Shown: in pieces, positions 1 to 7,314 of the stretch | Layout of the letters: every line of letters starts with the position of its first letter | Numbering within the stretch: the stretch's first letter is position 1 | NCBI RefSeq assembly: GCF_030253515.1 | Contig: NZ_CP124549.1 | Location: 390,001 to 422,000 of the forward strand | Source of the DNA: Candidatus Nanosynbacter lyticus | GTDB lineage: Bacteria > Patescibacteriota > Saccharimonadia > Saccharimonadales > Saccharimonadaceae | DNA length: 32,000 nucleotides | Direction of reading: 5' to 3' | The notes under the pieces: model-generated | Seen by the model: the letters and a program-made list of their open reading frames with translations, nothing else | Told to the model about the DNA's origin: nothing | Databases searched by the model: none | Made by a program: the position numbers and the translations under genes

Positions 1-341
1 AGCAAGATCAGCACCACAAAGATCAATGTAAACACCAGCACCGCCGCCGTCATGCTCCAGGTTGCTGAGCGAGTTGGCCAGCGCACCAATTTGAGCTCCT
101 GCCATGCGCCCTTGAAGTAGCCAACGTCGCCTGACTTCTTGGCGGATTTTTTGGCCGTAGTTTTTGGCTGTTTTGGAGAGGTAGTGGCTGCTGCCGCTAC
201 TTTTTTAGTGGTGTTATTGGCAGTTTTTTTGGTGGTTGTGGTTGCTTTTGATGTATGTGGTGACGACTGCTTCGCCCCGTCATCTTTCGCGGTGATGCGG
301 CGAACCTTCGTCTTTGATCCTGCTGCGTTTTTTTGTGCCAT
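1..341 (-). CDS. secE: preprotein translocase subunit SecE, 3-prime end runs off the window
   Basis: Absent from the ORF track because there is no stop in the window. Manual minus-strand translation from the ATG at 341 gives MAQKNAAGSKTKVRRITAKDD...KKSGDVGYFKGAWQELKLVRWPTRSATWSMTAAVLVFTLIFVVLILL. The F-x5-EL-x-x-V-x-WPTR motif followed by one TM helix is the SecE signature. A GGGAGA SD lies just upstream. The N-terminus is a K/T-rich extension. Confidence 0.8.
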   Translation of the reverse strand, partial: MAQKNAAGSKTKVRRITAKDDGAKQSSPHTSKATTTTKKTANNTTKKVAAAATTSPKQPKTTAKKSAKKSGDVGYFKGAWQELKLVRWPTRSATWSMTAAVLVFTLIFVVLIL

Positions 342-359
342 AGTTTCTCCCAATTTAAA

Positions 360-379
360 AGTCTGCTTCTTAGCAGACT
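360..379 (-). terminator. stem-loop between the histidine kinase stop and the secE SD (possible HK terminator or secE leader structure)
   Basis: Minus strand reads AGTCTGC-TAAGAA-GCAGACT, a 7-bp perfect stem, followed by TTTTAAATT. Confidence 0.35.
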
Positions 380-388
380 GTCAAGTCT

Positions 389-417
389 ATTGTAGCGTGT
401 TCGGGCCGTGATTGCAA
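389..417 (-). promoter_or_regulatory. putative sigma70-type promoter for secE
   Basis: Minus strand TTGCAA - 17 nt - TACAAT, about 47 nt upstream of the secE ATG. Confidence 0.4.
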
Positions 418-425
418 GGGCGGTC

Positions 426-1559
426 TCATGTGGACGTGGGCGGGTCGGCCAGCTCAAAGCTAAAGGTTGAACCGTGATTGAGCCGGCTTTTGACAGAGAT
501 AGTGCAGCCGAGTTTGTGCGCCAATTTGCCCGCAACGTACAGTCCCAGTCCGGTGCCGCTGGTCTCGCGGGTTCGATAATCCTCGGCCCGGTAAAATCGC
601 TGGAAAATCTTTTTTTGGTCAGTCTTGCCGATGCCTATCCCGGTATCGATTACCGCAAATTGTACGACGCCGTTACGCCGGTGCATCCGCAGCGTCACCC
701 CGCCATGAGGCGTGTATTTGATGGCGTTGATGATAAAGTTTTGTAATAGCTCGGTCAAGTACAGCCGCGAAACCTTGATCACGCCAATCTGCGCACTCAC
801 GTCGAGGTCAAACCGCAACCCCTTCTCGGCCGCTCGCGGTGCAAACTCACTGTGTAACGTGCTAGCCAGCTCCATCAAATTAATCGTCTCCGTCTCGTCC
901 GCCGCCCCACGTTCAGCGCGCGATAAGGTGCCAAGGTCATTGATCATTTTAGCGAGGAACATCACTTGATCGTGCGCCGCCACTAATGCTTCATGTACCT
1001 TTTGGGTGTAGCCTTTCTCGGCGAGCAGTCGAGCGTTATCGAGCGCCCCCTCGGCAATGGCTACCGGTGTGCGCAGTTCGTGGCTAACGACACTGATAAA
1101 CTCATCACGCTCCTCTTCGAGGCTTTTTATCTTGGTGACGTCGCGCAGAATCAGCACGTAACCGTCAGTGCTGGAGCTGCCGCCTAAAATCGGCGCAAAG
1201 GTCGCCTCCAGTCGCAAATGATCGCCATCGCTGAGCGGCATGATCAGATCGTCACGGGTGCGGATTGACGGCGATTTGCTCAGTTCTTCAAATACATTGA
1301 TTGGCGTTCTACCGAGCGTCTGCAATTGAAATATCTCGTTAATGTGGTGGCCATGGAGTGTGGCGTTGGTGTCCAGCAGGCCGATCATCGCCGCATTATA
1401 AATCGTAATGACACCGTGAGCATCAGTGCTTAGTACCGCATCGGTCAAGCTGTTTACCAACGTCATCATCTGGCTATGTTCTGGCGCGGCATCCATGTTC
1501 TCGTGTGCATGCTGCTGCTGACTGCGCCTCGTGCGCCACCTGCCCATCCCTTGTTTCAT
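426..1559 (-). CDS. soluble PAS-domain sensor histidine kinase (HisKA + HATPase_c)
   Basis: H-box FISVVSHELRTPVAIAEG, N-box LLQNFIINAIKYT, and G-boxes DTGIGI and GTGLGLYV. A PAS-like N-terminal region (LTDAVLSTDAHGVITIYNAAM) and no TM helix. The start is moved to the ATG at 1559 (MKQGMGRW) because the upstream gene stops at 1580. No response regulator is adjacent. Confidence 0.85.
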   Translation of the reverse strand: MKQGMGRWRTRRSQQQHAHENMDAAPEHSQMMTLVNSLTDAVLSTDAHGVITIYNAAMIGLLDTNATLHGHHINEIFQLQTLGRTPINVFEELSKSPSIRTRDDLIMPLSDGDHLRLEATFAPILGGSSSTDGYVLILRDVTKIKSLEEERDEFISVVSHELRTPVAIAEGALDNARLLAEKGYTQKVHEALVAAHDQVMFLAKMINDLGTLSRAERGAADETETINLMELASTLHSEFAPRAAEKGLRFDLDVSAQIGVIKVSRLYLTELLQNFIINAIKYTPHGGVTLRMHRRNGVVQFAVIDTGIGIGKTDQKKIFQRFYRAEDYRTRETSGTGLGLYVAGKLAHKLGCTISVKSRLNHGSTFSFELADPPTST

Positions 1560-1566
1560 ATGATTT

Positions 1567-1575
1567 AGTATAGCA
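1567..1575 (-). promoter_or_regulatory. extended -10 (TGcTATACT) 7 nt upstream of the kinase ATG; leaderless candidate
   Basis: Minus strand TGCTATACT AAATCAT ATG. No SD is possible in a 7-nt gap. Confidence 0.45.
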
Positions 1576-1579
1576 CATG

Positions 1580-2278
1580 CTACACGTGCGGTGTATGGTT
1601 TTTCAGTGCCGCTCGGTGCGTTTTGTAAGCTGGGTCGATGGCTGCAACCTCTCGCCAAAAGGCGTCGGAGTGATTCATCTGGCGGGTGTGAGCCAGCTCG
1701 TGAATCAGCACATAATCAAGCAACTCAAACGGCAGGTTCATCAGCGCGATGTTCAGGCTAATCGTGCCGCGCGACGAGCAGCTACCCCAGCGGCTCGAGG
1801 CGTGCGTCAGCTTGATGGTTTGATAGGAAAAGCCATGTTCCTCAGCCAGGAATTTCAGCCGCCGTGGCAGGTAACTTCTGGCTTCCTTGCGTAGCGCTGT
1901 GATGACGACTTCGCGAATGCGCTGCTGGATGGCTGGAGTAGTAATGTCGGTGCCGGATGGCAGCTTGACGAGGATGCGGGTGCCGGAGCGCTTGATGGTG
2001 GGTTCGGCGAGCGCGGACTGGGTCTCGATAATCAGGTGGTGGCTTTTACCGATTGATTGATCCTGCGTGTAGTAGTGACCTTGTTGATGCTCAGCCAGGA
2101 GCTCGCGAATACGCGGCCGGGATGACTTGATAAGCATTTTTGCTGCGAGCAGCGGTGTATACGCCGGCAGGCTAATCCGCAGCTGCCCGTTTGGCGCGAC
2201 CTTTAGTGATACCTGACGCGCCAAGTGCGAGCGCCTCACCGTGATTTCGCCAAACTCAGCGTCAGTAATCGTTGGCAT
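1580..2278 (-). CDS. YgjP-like (DUF45) zinc metallopeptidase
   Basis: RWGSCSSRGTISLNIALMNLPFELLDYVLIHELAHTRQMNHSDAFW carries the DUF45 WGSC plus HExxH layout. AGGAG SD 7 nt upstream. Confidence 0.75.
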   Translation of the reverse strand: MPTITDAEFGEITVRRSHLARQVSLKVAPNGQLRISLPAYTPLLAAKMLIKSSRPRIRELLAEHQQGHYYTQDQSIGKSHHLIIETQSALAEPTIKRSGTRILVKLPSGTDITTPAIQQRIREVVITALRKEARSYLPRRLKFLAEEHGFSYQTIKLTHASSRWGSCSSRGTISLNIALMNLPFELLDYVLIHELAHTRQMNHSDAFWREVAAIDPAYKTHRAALKNHTPHV

Positions 2279-2287
2279 GTATAGCTC

Positions 2288-2881
2288 CTAGCTAACGCGA
2301 ACGCGGCTGAGTACCGGACGTTGCGGATGGCGCTTGGGAGTATCAGCCTGGGCGGCTTGCGGCTGGGTCGGAGCAGCTGTAGTATTCGGGCGAACGTCGG
2401 CCAGGCGCTTGAGCAAGGTGCGCGCTTGGGTGTTATAAGTGTGACGACCACTGATGACGACGCATGGCTCGCTGGGGTGCGGCGATGAGAATTGTTTGAT
2501 CTTAGCGTCGAATGTTGCCTCGTCGTTATCGTTGGCCTTGAGCCAGCGCATCTTGGCGGTCGCTAGGTCGGTCTGTACCCAGACAAAGAGAATCTTATAA
2601 CCAGCAGCGCGGGCCGTCTTGGCGAGCTCAACCCGCCAGGCTCGCTTCTCCGTTGCCCCTTCAAATACGATGGTTTGATGAGTCTTCATCAGTTCCTTGA
2701 GTAGTGCACCGCTCGCGTAATTAACAGCCGCCTCATCATCAGATAATGCCGCTAAGATACCAGAATCCAAATGCGGCGCATGAAACATCTCAGAAAACTC
2801 AGCCGCGAATTGCGACTTGCCCGCCCCCGGCACGCCCACCATGGCAATGATGTGAGGAGAAGAAAGTTGCAAAGGTTTCAT
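2288..2881 (-). CDS. P-loop NTPase, AAA_33/zeta-toxin-like kinase fold
   Basis: Walker A GVPGAGKS near the N-terminus, and a Walker-B-like hydrophobic strand ILFVWVQTD. Start taken at the ATG at 2881 (MKPLQLSS). Confidence 0.6.
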   Translation of the reverse strand: MKPLQLSSPHIIAMVGVPGAGKSQFAAEFSEMFHAPHLDSGILAALSDDEAAVNYASGALLKELMKTHQTIVFEGATEKRAWRVELAKTARAAGYKILFVWVQTDLATAKMRWLKANDNDEATFDAKIKQFSSPHPSEPCVVISGRHTYNTQARTLLKRLADVRPNTTAAPTQPQAAQADTPKRHPQRPVLSRVRVS

Positions 2882-2888
2882 ATATGTT

Positions 2889-2917
2889 AGTATACACAAA
2901 AAATCCCCCTTATCCAA
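2889..2917 (-). promoter_or_regulatory. putative promoter built into the terminator loop; leaderless candidate for the P-loop gene
   Basis: Minus strand TTGGAT - 17 nt - TATACT - 7 nt - ATG. Confidence 0.4.
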
Positions 2918-2925
2918 GGGGGATT
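2896..2925 (-). terminator. intrinsic terminator after the LPXTG gene
   Basis: Minus strand AATCCCCC-TTGGATAA-GGGGGATT, an 8-bp stem, followed by TTTTTTGTG. Confidence 0.75.
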
Positions 2926-2976
2926 CTCGCCTGAAACCTCGCGCTTCAGAATTAGATTCTCGGAGCGGTCAGTCTC

Positions 2977-4512
2977 TTATAGTTGGCGTCGGCTAGCGAC
3001 GTATGCTAGAGCTGAGGTAACCAGTGCACCGAGGCCCAGACCACCGAGTACCATGTCGGTCATACCAGTTCGTGGCAGTGCGGTTGGTGTTGGTGGAGTT
3101 GGGGTGGTTGGCTTTGGATTACACTCTTCGCTGTCGATACCGACGAACCGCTTAGTGTCTTCAGCTTCTTTCTTGGTAACTTCGCGGATTGTCTTGGTAG
3201 TGACGTCACAGACCTTGATCTTTTCACACTTGCTCAGATCAGTGGTGTATGGTGGCGTGTTCTCTTTGCCCTTTTCGACTTTTTCGATGACGCCAGTTTG
3301 AACGTTGCAGGCCTCGACTTTTTCTGGTACATCGACGGTTGCGTTGTCACAGCCGTCTTTGTCGCCAGGAATCTCTGGGGTATCAACGCAGGCGGTGTTG
3401 ACGACCTTGCCAGTAACTTGTTCTTTGATGGTTGCCGTGATGGTAAAGGTCTTTGATGCGCCCTGCTTGAGTTCAGCAATTGTTGCTTTCCAGGTATTGT
3501 TCTGGAGTGTGCCCTCAGATGCTTTCAGGAAGGTAACACCTTGTGGCGCATTGTCGGTGACAACAGCGTTCTTTAGGTCAACGTTACCGGTGTTAGTGAC
3601 GGTTACCTGGTATGGGAATTCGTTGCCGACTTGGACGGTCTTGTGCTTGATGCCATCAACCTTTTTCTCGATTTTGATGCCAGGGTTAGCCTTTGGCGTT
3701 TCTGGCTGGATGGTGAACTGCTTGACACAGTCGTTGCTGGTGCGATCACCAAGGCTGGTTGTGACCTTGACGCGAGCGGTGTAAGTGCCCGCTTCCTTGA
3801 TGGTGGCGCTAGTCTCGCTGGTCAGCGCTGAAGTAGTGTTACTGCGTGAGAAGACTTCCTTGCCTGAAGCATCGGTGATGCTAAAGGTGTATGACTTGAC
3901 AGTTGCGCCATTCTCGACTGTTGCGTGAGCCTTCAGGGCGACCGTGTTAGTCTGACGATTAATGACTGGCTGGTCAAGTGCTTTACAAGTAGCCACTGGC
4001 TGTGGTTTCGGTTTTGGTGGCACAACAACGTTGGTGGCGACAACTGGGTTACCGCACGGTGTCATGATGGCGAACTTAAAGCGGCCCTGCTCATCAAGTC
4101 GGATAAATGCCTGCTGTGCGCTACCCATGCGGCTGGCTGGGACGACCTTAGCGTTGGTGCCTGAGATCGGTGTGCCGCCGCTGATGTTGCGGATGGCTGT
4201 CCGAGCGTTAGTGGCGACAACGGTGCCGTTATCGAGGCGAACCTCGCCGTTACGGTAGACTGCGCCATTAGCGTAGTTGCCGCTCAGCATCTCGTAGGAA
4301 ATACCGAACGCGCCATAAATTGTTGATACGCCTTTGTTGAAATATCGTTCGCGCATCTCTTGTACCGACATGGTACCACAATACACCACGGCGTACTTGT
4401 CACAGTCGCGGGTATTGTCAATTGTTTCTGCGTTGGCGTAGTAGACTAGTCCTGCTCCGAAAGCAGCGACCAGCGACAGCGCCACGATCTTAAGCTTTGT
4501 ACTTAATTTCAT
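2977..4512 (-). CDS. LPXTG-anchored surface protein with DUF11/CARDB-like Ig-fold repeats
   Basis: Signal peptide MKLSTKLKIVALSLVAAFGAGLVYYANA. Repeat signature YQVTVTNTGNVDLKNAVVTDNAPQGVTFL. P/T-rich stalk, then LPRTGM plus a hydrophobic helix plus RRQL at the C-terminus. GAGGAGG SD before the ATG at 4512. Confidence 0.8.
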   Translation of the reverse strand: MKLSTKLKIVALSLVAAFGAGLVYYANAETIDNTRDCDKYAVVYCGTMSVQEMRERYFNKGVSTIYGAFGISYEMLSGNYANGAVYRNGEVRLDNGTVVATNARTAIRNISGGTPISGTNAKVVPASRMGSAQQAFIRLDEQGRFKFAIMTPCGNPVVATNVVVPPKPKPQPVATCKALDQPVINRQTNTVALKAHATVENGATVKSYTFSITDASGKEVFSRSNTTSALTSETSATIKEAGTYTARVKVTTSLGDRTSNDCVKQFTIQPETPKANPGIKIEKKVDGIKHKTVQVGNEFPYQVTVTNTGNVDLKNAVVTDNAPQGVTFLKASEGTLQNNTWKATIAELKQGASKTFTITATIKEQVTGKVVNTACVDTPEIPGDKDGCDNATVDVPEKVEACNVQTGVIEKVEKGKENTPPYTTDLSKCEKIKVCDVTTKTIREVTKKEAEDTKRFVGIDSEECNPKPTTPTPPTPTALPRTGMTDMVLGGLGLGALVTSALAYVASRRQL

Positions 4513-4540
4513 AACATCCTCCTCACTGGTTGTTTCTCCA

Positions 4541-4569
4541 ATATTATCACACAAGCATTATTTTGTCAA
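4541..4569 (-). promoter_or_regulatory. putative promoter of the LPXTG gene
   Basis: Minus strand TTGACA - 17 nt - (TGa)TAATAT, followed by a 28-nt leader containing the SD. Confidence 0.55.
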
Positions 4570-4601
4570 TAACTTATATCATATTTTTTCAAAATGGTTA
4601 G

Positions 4602-4629
4602 TTTGCAGAATATTTTTTTCTGTTATAAT
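4602..4629 (+). promoter_or_regulatory. putative promoter of tRNA-Trp
   Basis: TTTGCA - 16 nt - (TGt)TATAAT, about 28 nt upstream of the tRNA 5-prime end. Confidence 0.5.
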
Positions 4630-4657
4630 AGATGAGCTAACCCGTTAGCGGGACGAT

Positions 4658-4732
4658 AGGGGCATAGTTCATCGGCTAGAATGGCGGTCTCCAAAACCGC
4701 AGAGGTAGGTTCGACTCCTACTGCCCCTGCCA
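4658..4732 (+). tRNA. tRNA-Trp (anticodon CCA), CCA 3-prime end encoded
   Basis: Hand-folded cloverleaf. Acceptor AGGGGCA/TGCCCCT, anticodon stem GCGGT/ACCGC, loop CTCCAAA, T-arm GTAGG-TTCGACT-CCTAC, discriminator G, then CCA. Confidence 0.9.
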
Positions 4733-4746
4733 CAATTTATGGCGTG

Positions 4747-4771
4747 ACGACTTGATGAAAGTCGTTTTTTA
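4747..4771 (+). terminator. intrinsic terminator after tRNA-Trp
   Basis: ACGACTT-GATGA-AAGTCGT followed by TTTTTT. Confidence 0.7.
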
Positions 4772-4856
4772 ATGGCTTGCTGTAGAATTGACGGCGCATA
4801 TCAATTCGTCTCTTGTGAAAATAGCGCCTTGATTGTGAAAAAATCATCAGATGCGC

Positions 4857-4885
4857 TTGAAAAAGCATAAGCGGCAGTCTATACT
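4857..4885 (+). promoter_or_regulatory. putative promoter of the glycogen-type operon; near-leaderless
   Basis: TTGAAA - 17 nt - TATACT, only 9 nt before the ATG at 4895, with no SD in between. Confidence 0.5.
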
Positions 4886-4894
4886 GTAAATAAG

Positions 4895-6106
4895 ATGAGA
4901 ATTTTGATGCTAGGGTGGGAGCTTCCTCCGCACAATTGTGGCGGCCTCGGTGTGGCGTGTTACCAGATGTCAAAGGCGCTGGCAGCGCATGGTATTGCTA
5001 TTGATTTTGTTGTGCCCTACACGGCCGAGCATCCGAATATTACCCATATGAACATTCATGCGGCCTCGCCGCTGCCGCCGGGCTATCATGACCTTGGGGC
5101 GTACGATCATGGTGTCACGCCAGATACTGAGGATAGCGATGAGCACGGACTTGAACCGATGCGCCGACTGCAGCGTCGCTATGGTACGTTTGTCAGGCAG
5201 TTTGCTCAGTCACGTCCACCAGATGCCATCCACGCTCATGACTGGTTGACGATGGAGGCTGGCGTGATCGCTAAGGAAGTGTCGGGTGCACCGCTGATTG
5301 TTCACGTGCATGCCACTGAGTTTGACCGCTCGGGCGAACATTCGGGTAATCCGTTGGTGCATGAGATTGAACAGCAGGGTCTGATGATGGCGGATCGAAT
5401 TATTGCGGTTAGCCGTATTACCAAGGATATGATTGTCAAGAATTATCACATTCCACCGGATAAAATTGAGGTAGTATATAATGCGATTGACCTGGCTGAT
5501 CTGCCACCGCATGAGTATGATACGACAACATACAAATACCTCGAGGATCTCAAGACTGATGGCTATACCATCGTCGGTGCGTTGACACGGCTGACGGTAC
5601 AGAAAGGGCTGACCTACTTTGTGCGGGCGGCAGCTAGAGCGTTAGAGCGCTACGACAAGATCGCCTTTTTGCTATCGGGCGACGGCGAGCAGCGGGATGA
5701 ATTGGTGGCCTTAGCCGCGCGACTGGGTGTGAGCGACCGGGTGATTTTCACTGGTTTTGTTCGTGGTAAGCAGTGGCGCGATGCCTACTATTTGATTGAT
5801 ATATTTATCATGAGTTCGGTATCAGAGCCGTTTGGGCTGACGGCGCTGGAGGCGGCGCATCATGATACGGCGCTGCTCATCAGTAAGCAGTCGGGTGTTG
5901 GCGAGGTACTTCATAACATCATGCGGTTTGACTACTGGGATGTTGATAAGCTGGCGGATGAGATCGTCAATATTGCGCGCTCGCCGGGCCTTCAGTCGGC
6001 ACTAAAGCGTAATGTCAAGGATGAATATACTCGGCTGTCGTGGCGGGATGCTGCGGAACGGTGTGTCGCGCTGTATCAAGCGTCGGCCGAAAGGAGGTGG
6101 GCATGA
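4895..6106 (+). CDS. GT4/GT5-type glycosyltransferase, glycogen-synthase-like
   Basis: N-terminus MRILMLGWELPPHNCGGLGVACYQMSKAL. C-terminal nucleotide-sugar motif SVSEPFGLTALEAAHHDTALLISKQSGVGEVL (E-x7-E). It sits first in an operon with GH57 and GH15 genes. Confidence 0.75.
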   Translation: MRILMLGWELPPHNCGGLGVACYQMSKALAAHGIAIDFVVPYTAEHPNITHMNIHAASPLPPGYHDLGAYDHGVTPDTEDSDEHGLEPMRRLQRRYGTFVRQFAQSRPPDAIHAHDWLTMEAGVIAKEVSGAPLIVHVHATEFDRSGEHSGNPLVHEIEQQGLMMADRIIAVSRITKDMIVKNYHIPPDKIEVVYNAIDLADLPPHEYDTTTYKYLEDLKTDGYTIVGALTRLTVQKGLTYFVRAAARALERYDKIAFLLSGDGEQRDELVALAARLGVSDRVIFTGFVRGKQWRDAYYLIDIFIMSSVSEPFGLTALEAAHHDTALLISKQSGVGEVLHNIMRFDYWDVDKLADEIVNIARSPGLQSALKRNVKDEYTRLSWRDAAERCVALYQASAERRWA

Positions 6107-7314
6107 GCCGAGGCATCACCCTCTATCTCCACGTGCATCAGCCGTGGCGGGTGCGACGATACAATATTTTTGACGTGGCGGCGCGGCACGATTATTTCGA
6201 GACCAATGATCCAGCCCAAAACAACGAGTTAATTTTTCACAAAGTTGCCGAGAAGTCATATCTGCGGATGAATGCCCTGCTAGAAGAACTGCTCAGGCGG
6301 CATCATGATTTCAAGCTGTCGCTGAGCATCAGCGGTGTATTCCTTGAACAAGCGGAGTGCTTTAACCCAGCGGTGATTGAGAGCTTTAAGCGACTGGTTG
6401 CCACTGGCAAGGTCGAATTGGTATCAAGCCCATATCATCACAGCCTGGCGTTCTTTTATTCGCGCTCAGAGTTCGAGGAGCAGATCCGCCGCCACCGCCA
6501 GAAGCTGCGCCAGCTGTTTGGCGTCGAGACCACGGTGCTCGCAAATACCGAACTGGCGTATAACGATGACCTCGCCAAGTGGGCGGAGAACGCTGGCTTT
6601 AGTGGCGTGCTGGCCGAGGGTTGGGATGAGGTGCTGGATTGGCGCAGTCCGAATTATGTGTATCGGCCGGTTGGCACGGATAGGATTGGGCTGCTGCTCA
6701 AGAATTATCGCCTGAGTGACGATATCGCCTTTCGGTTTAGCAATCGGTCGTGGGCGGGCTGGCCGCTGACGGCAGAAAAATATCGGACGTGGCTGATGGA
6801 GGCGACAGCCGAGGCGCCGCTGGTCAATTTGTTCATGGATTATGAAACCTTTGGCGAGCACCAGTGGTCGGATAGCGGTATTTTTAGCTTTTTTGATCAG
6901 TTTGTTGCCTCATGGCTTGGGGTTAGTGGTAATACATTTTATACGGTGTCGGAAGCGCTGGCGGCGCATCAGCCGGTTGGTGAGATCAGCATGCCAGAGA
7001 CGGTGACCTGGGCGGATAGCGAGCGCGATTTGACAGCGTGGAATGGCAATGATTTACAGAAGGAGGCGCTGCGGTATCTGTACGAGTTGGAGGCCGACGT
7101 ACTGAGGAGTGGTGATGAGCAGCTGATCGCTGACTGGCGGCGACTGCAGTCGTCTGATCATTTCTACTATATGTGCACCAAGTGGTTTACTGACGGCGAC
7201 GTCCATGCTTATTTCAGCCCGTATGACTCGCCGTACGAGGCCTTCCTCTATTATGTTAACGCAATTCGCGATGTGCGCTGGCGGCTGAGCGCGCATCGGT
7301 ACGAGAGGTTTTGA
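6103..7314 (+). CDS. glycoside hydrolase family 57 (alpha-amylase / alpha-glucan-active enzyme)
   Basis: N-terminus GITLYLHVHQPWR, plus NTELAYND and FMDYETFGEHQW, which are GH57-type motifs. The ATG at 6103 overlaps the upstream TGA (ATGA). The ORF-track start at 6040 is rejected. Confidence 0.8.
   Translation: MSRGITLYLHVHQPWRVRRYNIFDVAARHDYFETNDPAQNNELIFHKVAEKSYLRMNALLEELLRRHHDFKLSLSISGVFLEQAECFNPAVIESFKRLVATGKVELVSSPYHHSLAFFYSRSEFEEQIRRHRQKLRQLFGVETTVLANTELAYNDDLAKWAENAGFSGVLAEGWDEVLDWRSPNYVYRPVGTDRIGLLLKNYRLSDDIAFRFSNRSWAGWPLTAEKYRTWLMEATAEAPLVNLFMDYETFGEHQWSDSGIFSFFDQFVASWLGVSGNTFYTVSEALAAHQPVGEISMPETVTWADSERDLTAWNGNDLQKEALRYLYELEADVLRSGDEQLIADWRRLQSSDHFYYMCTKWFTDGDVHAYFSPYDSPYEAFLYYVNAIRDVRWRLSAHRYERF

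Noticed and set aside
139-535. ORF-track entries 139..411 (+) and 197..535 (-)
   Set aside because: Both overlap the manually translated secE frame, its promoter or the histidine kinase 3-prime end. Their products are low-complexity (V/A/F-rich or basic) with no motifs. They are shadow ORFs of real minus-strand genes.
4658-4732. UGA-to-amino-acid recoding (genetic code 25 or 4), as seen in some CPR lineages
   Set aside because: The only tRNA-Trp seen has anticodon CCA. TGA clearly terminates well-defined genes: GT4 at 6104-6106, GH57 at 7312-7314, AlkD-like at 10121-10123 and AlkA-like at 18927-18929. The standard code 11 fits.
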